Shown: positions 1 through 12,600, counted from the stretch's first letter. The stretch: 64,000 nt of DNA from Cyanophora paradoxa CCMP329 (GCA_004431415.1 QPMI01000056.1:62001-126000); one strand, 5' to 3'. Notes: generated by a model not told the origin, from the sequence alone. Translations and numbers: made by a program.

Positions 1-2284
1 CCTGGAAGAAGATCTGGATGCATGTGCGGATGACGCGGTTCGTGCACGAAGCGTTCTTTCTGCGTGAACGTGCGTCTTTGACGCTGTCGGGGCAGGCGGG
101 CGCCGTGGGCCGCGAGGTGACGGCCCCGGGGCCGCCCGGCACCGCGGCCGGAGGCCTAGGCCGCGAGAGGGCCAAGCTTAAGGGCGCGGAGGAGGCCGAG
201 GAGGAACGCGGGGGGAAGCGGGTGCGGAAGCGCGATCGCGAGCGGACAGCACGCGCGCCGGCGAGCTCGCACGGGGCGCCGCCCGAGGCGCGCCGCATGC
301 TGGAGCTCGAGGTGCCCGTCTCCCCTCCCTTCGCCGCCCGCGCGCGCCGGCACCGCCGGCGCCAGCGCCGGCTCCCGAGGCCGCGCTCAAGCCCGAGGCG
401 CGCGCGCGCAGGCGGCGCAGGCGATGCAGGCGGCGGCCGCGCGCGGGAGCCCGACCGTGGACGAGCGGGGGGAGCGCCTGCCGTCCTCCCTCTTCTGCAG
501 GGGGTGTCAGTACTTCTTCCAGCACAAGTGGTGGGGCCTCGGCGTGCGCACCGCCCCGCCCCGCCCCGCCCCGCCCTCCCCCGCATCGCGCACCCCGCCC
601 GTCCCGACTGCGCCCCGCCCCGCCCCGCCCCTCCCTCCGCGCGCATCGCGCACCGCGCCCGACCCGACTGCGCAGTTCACCGTCAAGCTCGAGTGCACAG
701 CAGAGGCACGCGCCGCGCCGCGCCGCGCCGCGCCGCGCCGCGCCGCGCCGCGCGGGCGGGCCGTGACGAGGCGGGCGGCCCGCGCCGCACCGCAGGGCGC
801 GCGGCGGGAGCGGGATCGACTCCTCCTCAGCCTCCACGGCCCCGACGGGGCGGCCGGCGAGCTCGCCCACCCCCAAAACGGTCCGCCCCGCTCCCAAGGA
901 GGTTCTAGAGCTCTTGCATTGCATTTAGAAACGATATCCACCAAGCATGCATAACCGCTCGCCGATCCGATCCGATCCGATCCGATCCGATCCGATTCGA
1001 TCCGATTCGATCTGATTTGATCCGCGCCGGGCCGGGCCGGTCCGGCCCGCGCAGAGTACGCGGCCGAGCGGTTCTACCAGGAGCTATTCGCCTCGGCGGA
1101 CCCGCCAAAGGTGCGCGCGCCCGCCCGCCCGGGGCCGGGCCGGGCAGGGCCGGCCCGCCCGCCCGCTCCAGATCCGAGTGGGGCCGCACGCGCGCGCGCA
1201 GGTCGGAGTACACGACCTCTGTCCGGGGACGGCCCCAGCGTGCGGGCGGCTGGTGGGGTACCTCCGCCTCGCGGGCGCCCTCGGCGCCGGGGCCGAGCTC
1301 GAGCTCTGGTCTTCGAGCCCTGAGCCGCGGCCGATCCCGGAGGCCTCGAGATCTGGATCGGGATCGGAGGGGGAGGGCGCGGAGGGCTGGCGGCGGGGGC
1401 CCCAGCCCTACTGGGCGGTCTCGCCCGCCGGCGTCGACCTCCTGGACCTCGAGTGGGGCGGCGCGCCCTTCCGCGCCGCCCTCGGCTGCGGCACCGAACC
1501 GGAGGTCCGTCCGTCCGTCCGCGCGCCAAGCCTAGGCCCAGGCCTAGCTAGGCCCAGGCCTCCCCTCCGCCTCTGACGCTCGCTTGCTTACGTTCACGCC
1601 ATCCCTCCCCGCGCGCGCCGCAGGTCATCATGCGGTGCCGGGATCGAGCGCTGCTGGCCATGCACGGCGTGACCGCCGCGCAGCGGCTCGGCCTCTCGTT
1701 CCCGTTCCCGGAGTACGTCAACGAGCCTTTCTTCCGCGCCCTCTTCGGCTCCGCCTCGCGCCCCCGGGTCGGCTTGCTCGATCCGGAGCCGGGCAGCCCC
1801 GCCGCCCGCCGCCTCCTCCGCGCCTTCCTCCGATCCTCCGGCGCCCTCCCGCCCCTCGCCCGCCCGGGGGCGCCGGCGCCGCCACGACGCGAGGCGGCGG
1901 CGGCCGCGGCCGCGGCGGCGCCGCCCCCGCCACCGCCGCCCCCGGCCGGCGCATCGACGTCAGCAGCGGCCCCCCCGACGCGAGGCAGCGGCTGCGACCG
2001 CGGCACCGCCGCCGCCGTTGCCGAAGCAGCGCCGGCTGCCCCTGGAGACGAGGCGGCGGCCGCGGCCGCTGCGCCCCCGCCCGTCGCGTCGACGTCGGTA
2101 GCGGCCGCCCCGGCGCGAGGCAACGGCCGCAGCCGCGGCACCGCCATCGCCGCTGCCGCCGCCGCCGCGCCGGCGGCCCCTGGAGACGAGGCGGCGGCCG
2201 CGGCCGCTGCGCCCCCGCCCGTCGCGTCGACGTCGGTAGCGGCCGCCCCGACGCGAGGCAGCGGCCGTGGCCGCAGCGCCGCCT

Positions 2285-2315
<31 letters not shown>

Positions 2316-4728
2316 GCCGGCGGCCCCTGGAGACGAGGCGGCGGCCGCGGCCGCTGCGCCCCGCCCGTCGCGTCGACGTCGGTAGCGGCCGCCCCGGCGC
2401 GAGGCAACGGCCGCAGCCGCGGCACCGCCATCGCCGCTGCCGCCGCCGCCGCGCCGGCGGCCCTCGGGACAAGGTGGCGGCGCTCCTACGGGGCGAGGCC
2501 CCACCGCCCCCGCCCCCGCCCCCGCCCAGCGCATCGACGTCGACGTCGACGTCGACGTCGGATCCGGATCCGGAGTGGCCGGCGCCCATTCAGGCGCCGG
2601 CGATCCAAATCCGCGCCCGGTGCCGATCGCGCCGGCCGCGCCGGGGCAGAGCTGCAGCGGCGCCGTCAGCTTCCCGTGGGGCGACCTCGAGGCGTGCCCC
2701 CCCCCCCCTCCCCCCCCCCAACCCCCCCCCCCCCCAACCCCCCCCCCCCCCCCCCGCGCCCCCGAGCCGAGCCGAGCCGAGCCGAGCCGACCGACGCGTG
2801 CGCAGATCAGCGTACCCTGCGGGAGGGCCTGCAGCTGGGCGGGGCGGGGGCGGGGGCGGGGCGGGGCGGGGCGGGGGCGGGTCGGCCGTCGCGCGGGCCC
2901 GCGACCGGCTCGCCCTCGCCCTCTTCGGGCCAGCCGCCGCCTCCCAGCCCGGCCTCAGCCGCCCCCGCAACGGTGCGTCGGTGCCCCCGAGATCTTGATC
3001 AGCCCGCCTTCCCATCCCTTGCCTCAGCTGAGGCTAACGACGGCGTCTCATCCCCGCAGAGTACGTCGGAGAGTTCTTCTACAGGGAGCTCTTCGTGAGC
3101 GGGGCCGCGCCGCGCGTCGGCGTGCACGATCCCGAGCCCGGCACGCCGGCGGCCTGCAGGCGGCTCGTCCGGTGGCTCTTTGCCAGCTGCGACTGCTTCG
3201 GGCCGCCCCGCCTCGCCAAGTACCGGTGGCGGGCGGGCGCGGGGGCGGACGTGGAAGTCGACCCGGCCCCGGCTCCGGCTCCGGCCCCGGCCTCCTCGGC
3301 GCGGGCGTGGCCGGATCTGACTTCTTCTTCTTCGGCCCCGGCGACCGCTCGGGCGCCCTCGACCGCTCGGCTCGACCTGCCGCCAGACGTGTACGCGCTG
3401 CCCCCGCAGGGCAAGGGCCGCGAGCCGCGGCTCGGCGTCCGCATCACGTGGGGGGCCGCAGACGTGCGCCCGCCCGCCCCCTCCGCCCCGCCCCGCCCCG
3501 CCCACCGACTCTGCCGCAGCTGACGGTCCTCCTCAAGTGCGGCGGGGCGCACCGCTTCGCCCTCCGCCGCGCGCGCGACGCGGTCTTCATCGCCGGTGCG
3601 CCCGCCCGCCCGCCCGCCCGCCCACCAGCCGCCCCATCTTAGTCGGGCCGGGCCGGGCCGCAGCGCTCGGGCCGGAGCAGGCGAGCCGCCACGGCCTCTG
3701 CAACCCGCTCGAAGGTAGCACCCCGCCGGGGCCCGCCGCCGGCGCCCCTCTCACTCACTCGCCTCCGCCGCCCCCTGATCGCCGCCGCCGCCGCCGCGCA
3801 GAGTACCGTGGCGAGCCGTTCTTCCGCGCCCTCTTCGGGGCGGCCCCGGCCCCCGTCGGGTTCCGGGACCCGGCCCGGGGAGCCCCGAGGCGCGCGGCCG
3901 CCTGTGCGAGTTCCTCGCCCGCTGCGGCGTCGCCGTCGCCGCCGCCGCCGCGGAGCCGAAGGCGGACAGGCCGCGACCGCGCTCGAAGGCCGGCGCCGGC
4001 GCCCCCGCCGGCCGCAGCCTCCAGCGCGCCCCGGCCCCGACCAAGGCGAAGCGGGGGGAGGTTCCCTCGGCCCGGGCGGCCTCGTACGAGGGCTCGGCCC
4101 CGCCCCCCCTCCTCCCCCTCCACCAAGGCACGCCCCCGCCCCCGCACGCGTACGCCCCTCCTCCTTCAGCTTCGGCCGCGGCCGCCCGGCTCCAGCTCCA
4201 GCAGCAGCAGCTGCTGCAGGCGGACCTCGCGATCCCCGCCGGCTTCGGGGGCGCCGCCTCCGCCTCCGCCGCCTCCGCCGCCGCCGCCGCCGCGTCGGTG
4301 CCGAGCCCGTGGGCACCGCCGCCTTCCCAGCTGCCCCGCGCGCATGCGCACATGCAGCGAAATCCGGAGGCGAAGGCAGAGACGGAGGCGGAGGCGGGGG
4401 CGGGGTCGGACGGGGCGGGCCGGCTGCTGTTGCTGCTGAACGTGCGGCGGCTGCCGCAGTGCGGTGACGGGCGGGCGCGGGGCTTCCATTTCGGGGGCGA
4501 CCTGGCGTCCCTTCTCCTGGAGGCCTCCGGCCACTTCGGCGCCCACTTTGTCGAGGCGCGCCCGCGCCCGCCCCGCCCCTCCCGCCCAGCGTTCATGTGG
4601 CTGACTGACCGGCTGGCTGCCCTCAGCTCTGGGACAGGGATTTCAACCGCGTGGGGACGGCGGCGGAGGTGGCGGCGGCGGCGCGCGCCAGCCCCGTCTT
4701 CTACGCCATCGACGCCAGCGGCCGGTAG
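1..4728 (+). CDS. Multi-exon protein (5' end outside window) with four divergent AP2/ERF-like repeats, each with a conserved C-terminal extension, and a possible C-terminal KHA/DCX-like ubiquitin-fold domain
   Basis: Manual splicing gives four repeats: ...ECTAEGARRERDRLLLSLHGPDGAAGELAHPQNEYAAERFYQELF; ...IMRCRDRALLAMHGVTAAQRLGLSFPFPEYVNEPFFRALF; ...SAVARARDRLALALFGPAAASQPGLSRPRNEYVGEFFYRELF; ...ALRRARDAVFIAALGPEQASRHGLCNPLEEYRGEPFFRALF. These resemble the AP2 helix AARAYDxAAxxxxGxxAxxNFPxxxY. Last exon reads LWDRDFNRV...FYAIDASGR with TAG at 4726-4728. Apparent 1-nt frameshifts occur in C/G runs (e.g. ~2360). Confidence 0.6.
962..1023. repeat. (CCGAT)n pentanucleotide microsatellite in an intron
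   Basis: ccgatccgatccgat... decaying to tcgat/ctgat/ttgat. Confidence 0.9.
1888..2465 (+). repeat. Coding minisatellite, about 4 copies of ~138-147 bp (Ala/Pro-rich linker)
   Basis: cctggagacgaggcggcggccgcggccgctgcgcccc...gtcgacgtcggtagcggccgcccc recurs near 2041, 2179 and 2326; encodes PGDEAAAAAAAPPPVASTSVAAAP. Confidence 0.9.
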
Positions 4729-5886
4729 CGGGCGTCAGACGTCGACGCCGACGCCGGTCGCTCGGCATCGGCGGCGCCGGCCCTCCGGCCCGGGCCCCTC
4801 CACTGCGCCCCGCTCCCGCCAACCCCGCCCCGCTCCCGCCAACGGACGGACGGCGTGGGAATCGCTGCAGATCGAACGGGGCGCATCTCCCGGAGCCGCA
4901 TGCGCCGTAGTGGTGTACGTGGGCCGTTATGAGGCCCGACATCTTGATCGAAATTGGAGCGGGAGGGGGAGGGGGAGGGGGAAGGGGGGAGGGGGGGGGG
5001 GGAGGGGGGGAGGGGGGGCGGAACTCCCCTGCCTGAGCAATTGCAGATGTAGAATATTATATTGGCAGTATACGTCCCCCTTCTTCGTCTTCCGCTGTGG
5101 CAGAATTCCCGTACGTTGGAGCGGCTTTACGTGTGCAGGATGTAATACAGGTAGAGACCGTACTACGGTAGAGGCGGTAGAGCAGAGCCTCGGAGAGCAG
5201 GGCCCTGCAGCCGCCCCGCCATGGCGAGGATCTGCTCTTTCCCGTCGTCCGACGTCAACGGTCCGACGGTCCCCCTTCAAGGCTTACATTTAATTTTATA
5301 TAACAAAGCTTCCGATCGCGAAGCTCGCCTCCAGCAGAGTCCAGCTCCGTCCCCTCAGCTGCAGTCTCCTATTTCAGTCAGCAGCTGCAGCTAGATCTAG
5401 CCTAGCTATATAGTAGAGTCGCAGCTGCGTATGCGTGCGGCACTGGCCATGGCATATGCTTGCATGCATATGCGCAAGGCCATTAAATTTTGCAGGCTCG
5501 CAGGACTCGCGGCAGGAGTCGCAGACGTCGCAGGCTCGCAGCCGACGCAGCTGCGCATGCACTGCGGCAGGCCGGCGGCGGTTGCAATTGGGTTCGAGAG
5601 GAAACTTGTTGAAATTTGGAACCGTTGAACAAGCGAGTCCCTGCGGAGCGGGAGTGGCCTTAAGTTTGGGGTCTTGGGGCTTCAAGGCGTGAGGTTGACC
5701 GCTCGTCGTTTTTAAAACGGGCGTGCGGTTAATTGCAATTGGGGGAGGGGCAAGGAGAAAAAGGGGAGAATAGGGGCAAGGGAAGGGGCAAGGGGAGAGG
5801 GAGATCGGGCTAGAACAGCGGGGATACACGTGAACAGTGGGGGAACAGTGGGGGCCACTCGGCAAGGGTACACGCTCAAGTGACAA

Positions 5887-5946
5887 ATGTCTAATTATAA
5901 GACTTGGGATTCCACGATGTCTAATTATAAGACTTGGGATTCCACG
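5887..5946. repeat. Perfect 30-bp tandem duplication
   Basis: atgtctaattataagacttgggattccacg x2. Confidence 0.95.
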
Positions 5947-6060
5947 ACAGAGGTTACAACGAAAGGGCTTGCTGGTACGAGGTGCGACACAGTCGCGAAC
6001 ACAGAGCCTTCGGCGAGATGATTAAATAAGAAGTTGAAATGTCACGATATCGATCCTGCG

Positions 6061-6930
6061 CAGGGGGTGATCCTGATACGCAAGTCGGCCATCGTGCTGC
6101 TTCACGTCTTCCTCGCCTCTCGTCCTCTCTCGCAGGTCCGGCGCCTGTGCGGATCAAAATATTTAATATTCGCATGCGCACCCCGCCTCCGATCCGGGCC
6201 CCGCGGCTGGCGCCGCCCCGCCGCACGGCACCAACGTTTTTCACGCCGGCGCAGCTTGTCTTGGGGCTCTCGTCCTGGTTCTATCCCTCCAGTTCAGGTG
6301 AGCTGGCGCCCGCCTGCTCGAACCGGCGTTGGTTTCAAAGAGCGCTGTCGACGTTGACGTCGACGTCGACGTCGCGATCGCTGACGCTGACGCTGGGCCG
6401 CGCCGAGCAGCACGGCCGTGCGGCCGTATCGGGAGGCCCACCTGAACGTCCTCGAATCGTTCTCGCTCTTTGTGTGCTTCGCCACAATCACCCTCGGCGC
6501 CCTAACGCAAGAGAGCGGTCCGTCCGCGCGCCGGCGCCGTCGCTTGAGTTTAATTTGCGTTAGCATCGCAATCCAAGCTGATCTAGGTAGCTGATCATGA
6601 TCGTGCATGCGCGCCTGCTGATTGATGCTATGAGCAACGTTGACCGTCGGACCGCAGGCTCGGCTCTGGTTGCTGCGCTGATCATCGTGCTCAATGCCAT
6701 CCTCTTCCTGCTCCTCGCCTACCAACTCTTTCACTCGCGCGCCCCCACCTCCCGCCCCGCCCCGGCCCGGGCCTCGGCCCGAGGCGCGCGCGCGCGCCTT
6801 TATTTCTCCATCTGAGAAGCGCGCGCGCCGCCCCGCGCGCAGAATTCGACGCCGAGTGCAGGCCGACGCCCTTTCCGGTCTGGAGCTGCGTCTCGTCGGC
6901 CTCGCAAATTACCTGCAGCTGCGCTTCCTC
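6061..6930 (+). pseudogene. Orphan exons of a multi-pass membrane protein C-terminus (TRP-like/Flc-type TM region), probably a decayed fragment
   Basis: AG/GT-bounded exons encode GVILIRKSAIVLLHVFLASRPLSQ, LVLGLSSWFYPSSS and ...SALVAALIIVLNAILFLLLAYQLFH. No 5' portion was recognised, and the exons sit in palindrome-scarred DNA. Confidence 0.35.
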
Positions 6931-7338
6931 TCTAAGCCTAGCCCGGTCCACCCCGCTGAGGGGGCGCATTCGAATTCCCAGCTCGACAGGCCCCCCCCGC
7001 AGCGGGTCCCGCATGCGCATGATGTATAGCTCCTTCGAGATTCTTTGGCCGGTATACATATCGGTGCCATTTTATAAAATTATCTGTATACAATTCAAGA
7101 TTGCAAGCATGGGAGGCCCGGCCCCTTCAACCCCCCCCCCCCCCCCCCCGCCCCCTCCCCTCCCCCCCCCCGCCCCGCCCCCTCCCCCTCCCCCCCCCCC
7201 CCCCCGCCCAAGCCTTCGTCCCCCCCCTCCCCCCTCCCCTCCCCCCTCCCCTTCCCGTCTGCGATCCGGGCTCGCGGAGCGGAGCCATTCTACATGTATA
7301 CAATTCAAGATTGGAATTGCGAGCATGCATGCGCATTT

Positions 7339-7552
7339 GGGAGTCCCGGGGGGGCCCCCATTCCCCCCCTTTCCCGCCCGCGACTGCGTTCGATATCGAT
7401 ATCCGGATCCGGGCTCGCAAGGCGAGACTTCTGAGCATACATACCGGGAGGCCCGGGGGAGCCCCCATTCCCCCCTTTCCCGCCCGCGACTGCGTGCGAT
7501 ATCGATATCCGGATCCGGGCTCGCAAGGCGAGACTTCTGAGCATACATACCC
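7339..7552. repeat. ~107-bp tandem duplication, with a more diverged upstream partial copy from ~7084
   Basis: ccccattccccccctttcccgcccgcgactgcgt..gatatcgatatccggatccgggctcgcaaggcgagacttctgagcatacatacc x2. Confidence 0.9.
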
Positions 7553-7768
7553 AAGGCATCCGCAGATGCGCCATGCACATTATATGGCCACGTGCACTGG
7601 GGGTATAATTAAGCACAATTAATAATTTAATATTGTTTGCAATTTTTTTTTTAAAGATCTACGGTGGGCGTGCCCACTCGTAGTACACAACGAGGATACA
7701 AGTCACGGTATCGGGAATCACAGGGATTCGAAGTACAACGTAGCGGAAACAGCAGGAACCGAACCCGG

Positions 7769-7821
7769 GAATCTGGCCATGGAATCTGCGCATGGAATCT
7801 GCGCATGGAATCTGCGCATGC
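7769..7821. repeat. 13-bp tandem repeat, about 4 copies
   Basis: (g)gaatctgcgcatg units. Confidence 0.85.
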
Positions 7822-8053
7822 GCCATTCAGATTATATGGCCGCGTGCACTGGGAACCAGGCGCGCGGGCGTATTCCTGTCTCAACGCCCTTCTCATTAAT
7901 ATTTCCGTATCCAATTCTCTTCGAATTCTCCAATTCTCACAGCAAGGCTCTTTGGCTCAAAAGTGCACGACCATGGCCAGCGCTTCCGCAAAAGCTTCGA
8001 GGCACGACACATAGCTGCAAAGCTTCGAGCCGGCGCCGCGACACATATTCAGC

Positions 8054-11000
8054 TCAGGCTACAGCCCCGAGGCTACAGCTAAGCCCGCGGGAAGGCCCCC
8101 GGGACCTCCTCCCCCATGCCTTGCGCGGGGGTACCGACCGCCCCGTACTCTGCGAGATCCGAACTTCAGCGCCCGCCGCGCCGGCCCGCCGGCCCTGGAC
8201 GGGCGAGAAAGGACGGGACGGACCGGCGGCGCCGGGGCCGTAGGGGTCGGACTCGGCGCGGGCGGCCTGCTCCAGCAGCATCTGCCGGTACTTCCTCCTG
8301 CGCTTCCGGTACCTGCGGGGGGTAAGACGACCGCGCGCGTGAGTCACGCCGGGCGGGTGCGGCCCGAGCGGATTCCTTCCGAGCCCGATTCGAGGCTCGG
8401 AGGCGCCGAGCCGCGCACCTCCGGTACATGATGAGGGTACCCCCGACCACGAGGAGGACGGCACCCCCCGAGATCGCGATCGACGCGATCTCGCCCCCCG
8501 TCAGCTGCCGCTTCTGCTCGATGACGTACCCCTGGGGGTACGCCGGCTGCAGCGAGTTCGGATCTGCCGGGAGGGGTACGCCGCTCAGAGGCGCGGAAGG
8601 GATCCGGGCGCCGCGCCGCGCCGCACTCGAGACGTTCGTGATGCGGATCGATGTGAAGCCTTTGTTCTGGATGATGAACCCCAGGCCCGTCTCGATCTGC
8701 GAGCCGGGAGCGGCTCAGCGGCCCGTCGGGGCGGGCGGGACGGGGCGGGGCCTCGCTCGCCTCGGGCTGAGTCAGGGCGCCCATCCGGCTCACAATGCTG
8801 CCCGGCGTGTCGCTGGGCCCCGGAACGACGTACATCTGTGGAGAGGGCGTCAAGAGGCGGAAAAGGGCCCCGGGCGGAATCGACCCGGCACCTGGACGTC
8901 GACGGAGCCGGGGGAGAGGAGAACGTTCACCAGGGCGTTGCGGGCGACGCGCAGCACCAGGGAGAGCTGCGGGGGGAGGGAATCGGAAAGGGGTACGGCG
9001 CGCGGGAGGGTGGAAGGGGGTACGCGGGAGATGAAGTTGGCGCGGAAGCCCTCGTTCGTCCGGTAGCTGACGTCGAAGGGCGCGAAGTCATTGTTCAGGC
9101 GAAGGTTCGCCTGCACGACTGGGGGAGGAATCAGGGGGTACAGGAAGACGGGAGTCGGAGGGCGTACCCAGGATTGAGACGACGCAGACGGCGATTTGGG
9201 AGGAAGTCTTGTTGAGGGCGTCGACCACAGTCAGCTGGAACTGGTAGTACCCTGCGGGCCCGCGCTCCGAACAAGCGGTCGAGGGCCGGGAGGAGTGGCG
9301 TACCCGGCTCGGACAGGAGGCCGATGCGGGCTGTTGGCATCGTCGCGTTGAACAGGTCGACAACGGGCGTGAGGAATACCTGCCGCCCGTCAGAGGCGCG
9401 GCGCGGGTTAGGGGCGAGCGTCGTGCGACGAGACGCGCACGTTGACTTGGCTCCAGCGGTACGAGACGATGGGCGCGTCGACGCCCTGCGACGCGGCGCC
9501 TGCGACGCGCCTCGGCGGAAGAGAGGGGCCCACCGGGGGTACGCGCACCGAGCAGGCGGAGGCCCCGGAGGGGTGCGGTGGCGTAGTACACGCTGGCGCC
9601 CTCGACCGTCGCCGAGGCGATGGGCGGCCGTCCGTCTGCGGCGCCCCAGTCGGCACGGGCATCTGACCTCGCTCTCGGGGGGTACGGCCGCACCGGCGAC
9701 GGAGATGGTGGCAGGGAGGGGTACGCTGGCGCTGCCCTCAGCGTCCGTCGTGACGAGGATGACCGTGGAGACCTGCACGGGGCCTGGGGGGGCGCGTTAG
9801 GGGGGGACGAGGGGGTGCGGCGAGGGAGGGGGGTACCCGGCCCCAGGCAGAAGTTGTCCACCACGAACGATACCGTCGCCGTGGCCCCGGGCTGCGGGGG
9901 TACGGTTGAAAGAGAGCCGGGAAGATAGTGCGAGGGCGGGGAGAAGGGGACAGGGGGGTACCGCGACGGTCTGATTGGTGACGTTGAGGCCCCTGATCCA
10001 GCAGACCGACGAGCCGAGGCTGAACTTGAGCGGTCGCGTCCGCTGCCTGTTCGTAACTGCGGCGGAAGTGAGGGGTACGCGGTGCTCGGAGGGTACGGCG
10101 CCTCCGGACCCTGCAGGGCGCCGTTCGTCCGCGTGTTCATCGTCACGTTGAAGAAGAGGGAGGCGGGGAAGAACTCGGCGCCTGGGGGGTACGCGTTAGC
10201 CGTGGCGTGGGGGGGGGGGGAGGTCGCTCAGGCAAGAGCGCATACCCCGGACGCGGACAGAGACGGGGAACGAGCGGACGACGGCGGGGGAAATCCCGTC
10301 GCCGGGGAACTCCACGTCCTGGGGTACAGGATTCTCAGTACAGCGGGGATGGCGGGAGGGCAGAGCGGGGATACCAGAGTGCCGTTGCGAAGGAGGCTGT
10401 CGCCGGTGCCGGCGAACGAAACGGTGACGTTCTGCGCCTGGCCGTCGCCGAGGGTGAGGGACTGGGGCGCCACGCCGAGCTGCAGCGTCGACGCGAGGCT
10501 CTGGGGGTACGCGGTTAGGGCGGGGGTGGGGGAGGGGGGGAGGAGGCGGGAGTGGGGGTACGGGCGCACGGAGGAGAGGCGGGCGACGAGGCCGAGCGGT
10601 GCCAGGGTACCCGTGTTGGACACGGCGAGGACGCGGGACGCAGAGGTGCCGGGCAGCAGGTCGAAGGCTGCCGGAAGGCCCTCTATCGAGAAGGAGGGTA
10701 CGACGACTGCGCGGCGGGAGCGGAAAAGCGTCGGGGCGGGCGCGGGGCGGGGCGCAGCGGAGACTGGCCCAGCCCGCGCACCTTTGATGCTGGCCTGCAC
10801 TAGGCGCCGCAGCTCGGGGGCATCAATCTGGAGCCCGGTTCAGATGCAAAGGCGCGCCGAAGGCGGGGCGACAAGCGGGCGGGCGGGCGGGCGGGCCTTG
10901 GAGAAGTACACAAAGACCTGCTGAGTGAGCGGCTCGAGGCCGCCGGTGAGCGTCAGGGAGACGGTCACGCTGGCGCCGACGGGAAGCGGGAAGTCCGCGG

Positions 11001-11290
11001 GGCTTCGCTGCAGCACGAGCGGCGCGGGGTCCAGCAAAACGTAGACGCGGCTGATGTCGGCCGTGCCCGTGTTGGTCACCGTCACGTTGCGGACCATCTG
11101 CCGTCCGCCACGCGCCTCCAGCTGCACACTCAGCGGGCTGACAGTGAAGTCCGTCGTCTGCGCATCGCCTGCGGGGCCGCGGCCGTCAGGCGGGCCGAGC
11201 GGCCGGCAGAGCGGGATAGCTGCGGAGCGCACCGCGACTCCAGCCGGCAGCTGCAACGAGCAGCACCAGCGCGAGAAAGGCGCGCCTCAT
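8054..11290 (-). CDS. Type-I membrane / cell-surface protein with tandem Ig-like beta-sandwich domains
   Basis: Signal peptide MRRAFLALVLLVAAAGWSRG. Beta-strand-rich exons: FTVSPLSVQLE..RNVTVTNTGTADI..LPVGASVTVSLTL; GYYQFQLTVVDALNKTSS. TM GGEIASIAISGGAVLLVVGGTLIMY is followed by the basic stop-transfer RYRKRRRKYR. About 18 introns; 3' end approximate. Confidence 0.75.
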
Positions 11291-11480
11291 CGCTGCGCGC
11301 TCAGCGCTCGATCCGATGCATCGGCTGCTAGTTTGAATCGGTCCGGCGGGCTGGGCCTCCGGCTGCTCGAACGGCTTTTGTGGATGGCTCCAGGCGTGTT
11401 CCTCGACGTTCGGGAGCGCGGGCGGCCTGGTTTGGCTAGCGCTTCTCGAACCCGGGTACAACGCACACGCTGCGAAAAAA
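11291..11480. promoter_or_regulatory. Compact bidirectional promoter/5'UTR region
   Basis: Only 190 bp separate the divergent ATGs at 11290 (-) and 11481 (+). Confidence 0.6.
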
Positions 11481-12600
11481 ATGCGACGCGGCTGGATCCT
11501 CGCGGTGGCTCTCCTCGCCCTGTCGGCGGCAGCGTTCGCACAGGACGAGGACGATGAGTACGGTTCGTCGCCCGCCGACCCGGCGCTCGCAATAGGATGG
11601 CCGTGGAAGGTTCCGCCGCGCGCGTCGCGCACCGCACCGTTCGGCCGACGCAGGGCGGTCGGTAGAGCGATGCGAACCTCGAATCCTATGCGCCGCTGGG
11701 CTGCGGCTTCGCAGATGGTGCTGACGCGTCCGGTGTCCGCAGACCCCAGCACGGCGAACAGCCAGAAGGAGAATTTCTCCTTTATCACCTGCAGGAGCGT
11801 GGTGAAGCTCGTGCACAAGTCGAGCAACGCGCGGTTGCACAGCCACGAGATCCCCTACGGCTCGGGCTCGCGGCAGCAGAGCGTGACCGGGTTCCCGGAC
11901 GGCGGCGACAGCAACAGCTACTGGGTGGTCAAGGGTTCGCCCGCCTCGCGACCGCGGGCGCCGCGCCGCTCGCGCCGACCCGGCCGCCCCGTGCGCAGGC
12001 GCCCACGGCGGCAAGAGCTGCAAGTCGGGGCAGCCGATCAAGCTGGGGACCAAGATCCGGCTGGAGCACCTGAACACGAAGAAGAACCTGCACAGCCACG
12101 ACTACCAGTCGCCCATCTCGCGCAACTACGAGTGCTCCGCCTTCGGCGACAGCGGCGTGGGCGACCAGAGTGCGTCCCCTTCGCCCCGCGACCGCTTCGA
12201 CCGCTCCGCGCTCGCCGCGTACGCAGCCGTTCACGAGCCGCGCCCGCAGACGACGACTGGATCGTCGAGGCGGCCGACCGCTCCAGCGATCAATTCTGGA
12301 AGCGCGGCGCGAGCATCCGCCTGCGCCACGTCGTCACGTGCGCCCCCCGCTCCTGAGACAGCACCGCATCTGTCTCACACTCGCCTCCGCGCCCCGCAGG
12401 AACTACTACCTCATGACCTCCTCCAACAACAAGTACGGCAACCCGGTACCCCCCCATCCCTCCTCTTCCCCCCTTCCCTCCACTTCCCACCCACCCCCCC
12501 TCTTCAGATCGCCGGGCAGCAGGAGATCGCGGCCGTGCCGCGGGCCACCGGCGACACGGTCTGGTCTGCCACCGAGGGGATCTTCATCCCCCACGCTTAG
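11481..12600 (+). CDS. SDF2: Stromal cell-derived factor 2-like ER protein (3 MIR domains), 6 exons
   Basis: Signal peptide, then ITCRSVVKLVHKSSNARLHSHEIPYGSGSRQQSVTGFPDGGDSNSYWVVK; CKSGQPIKLGTKIRLEHLNTKKNLHSHDYQSPISRNYECSAFGDSGVGD; DDWIVE...IRLRHVVT; KYGNPIAGQQEIAAV...WSATEGIFI. TAG ends at 12600. Confidence 0.95.

Noticed and set aside
2355-2880. Programmed frameshifting or true pseudogenisation of the AP2-like gene
   Set aside because: The frame breaks fall in C/G homopolymers and repeats, where long-read indel errors are most likely; this cannot be decided without reads
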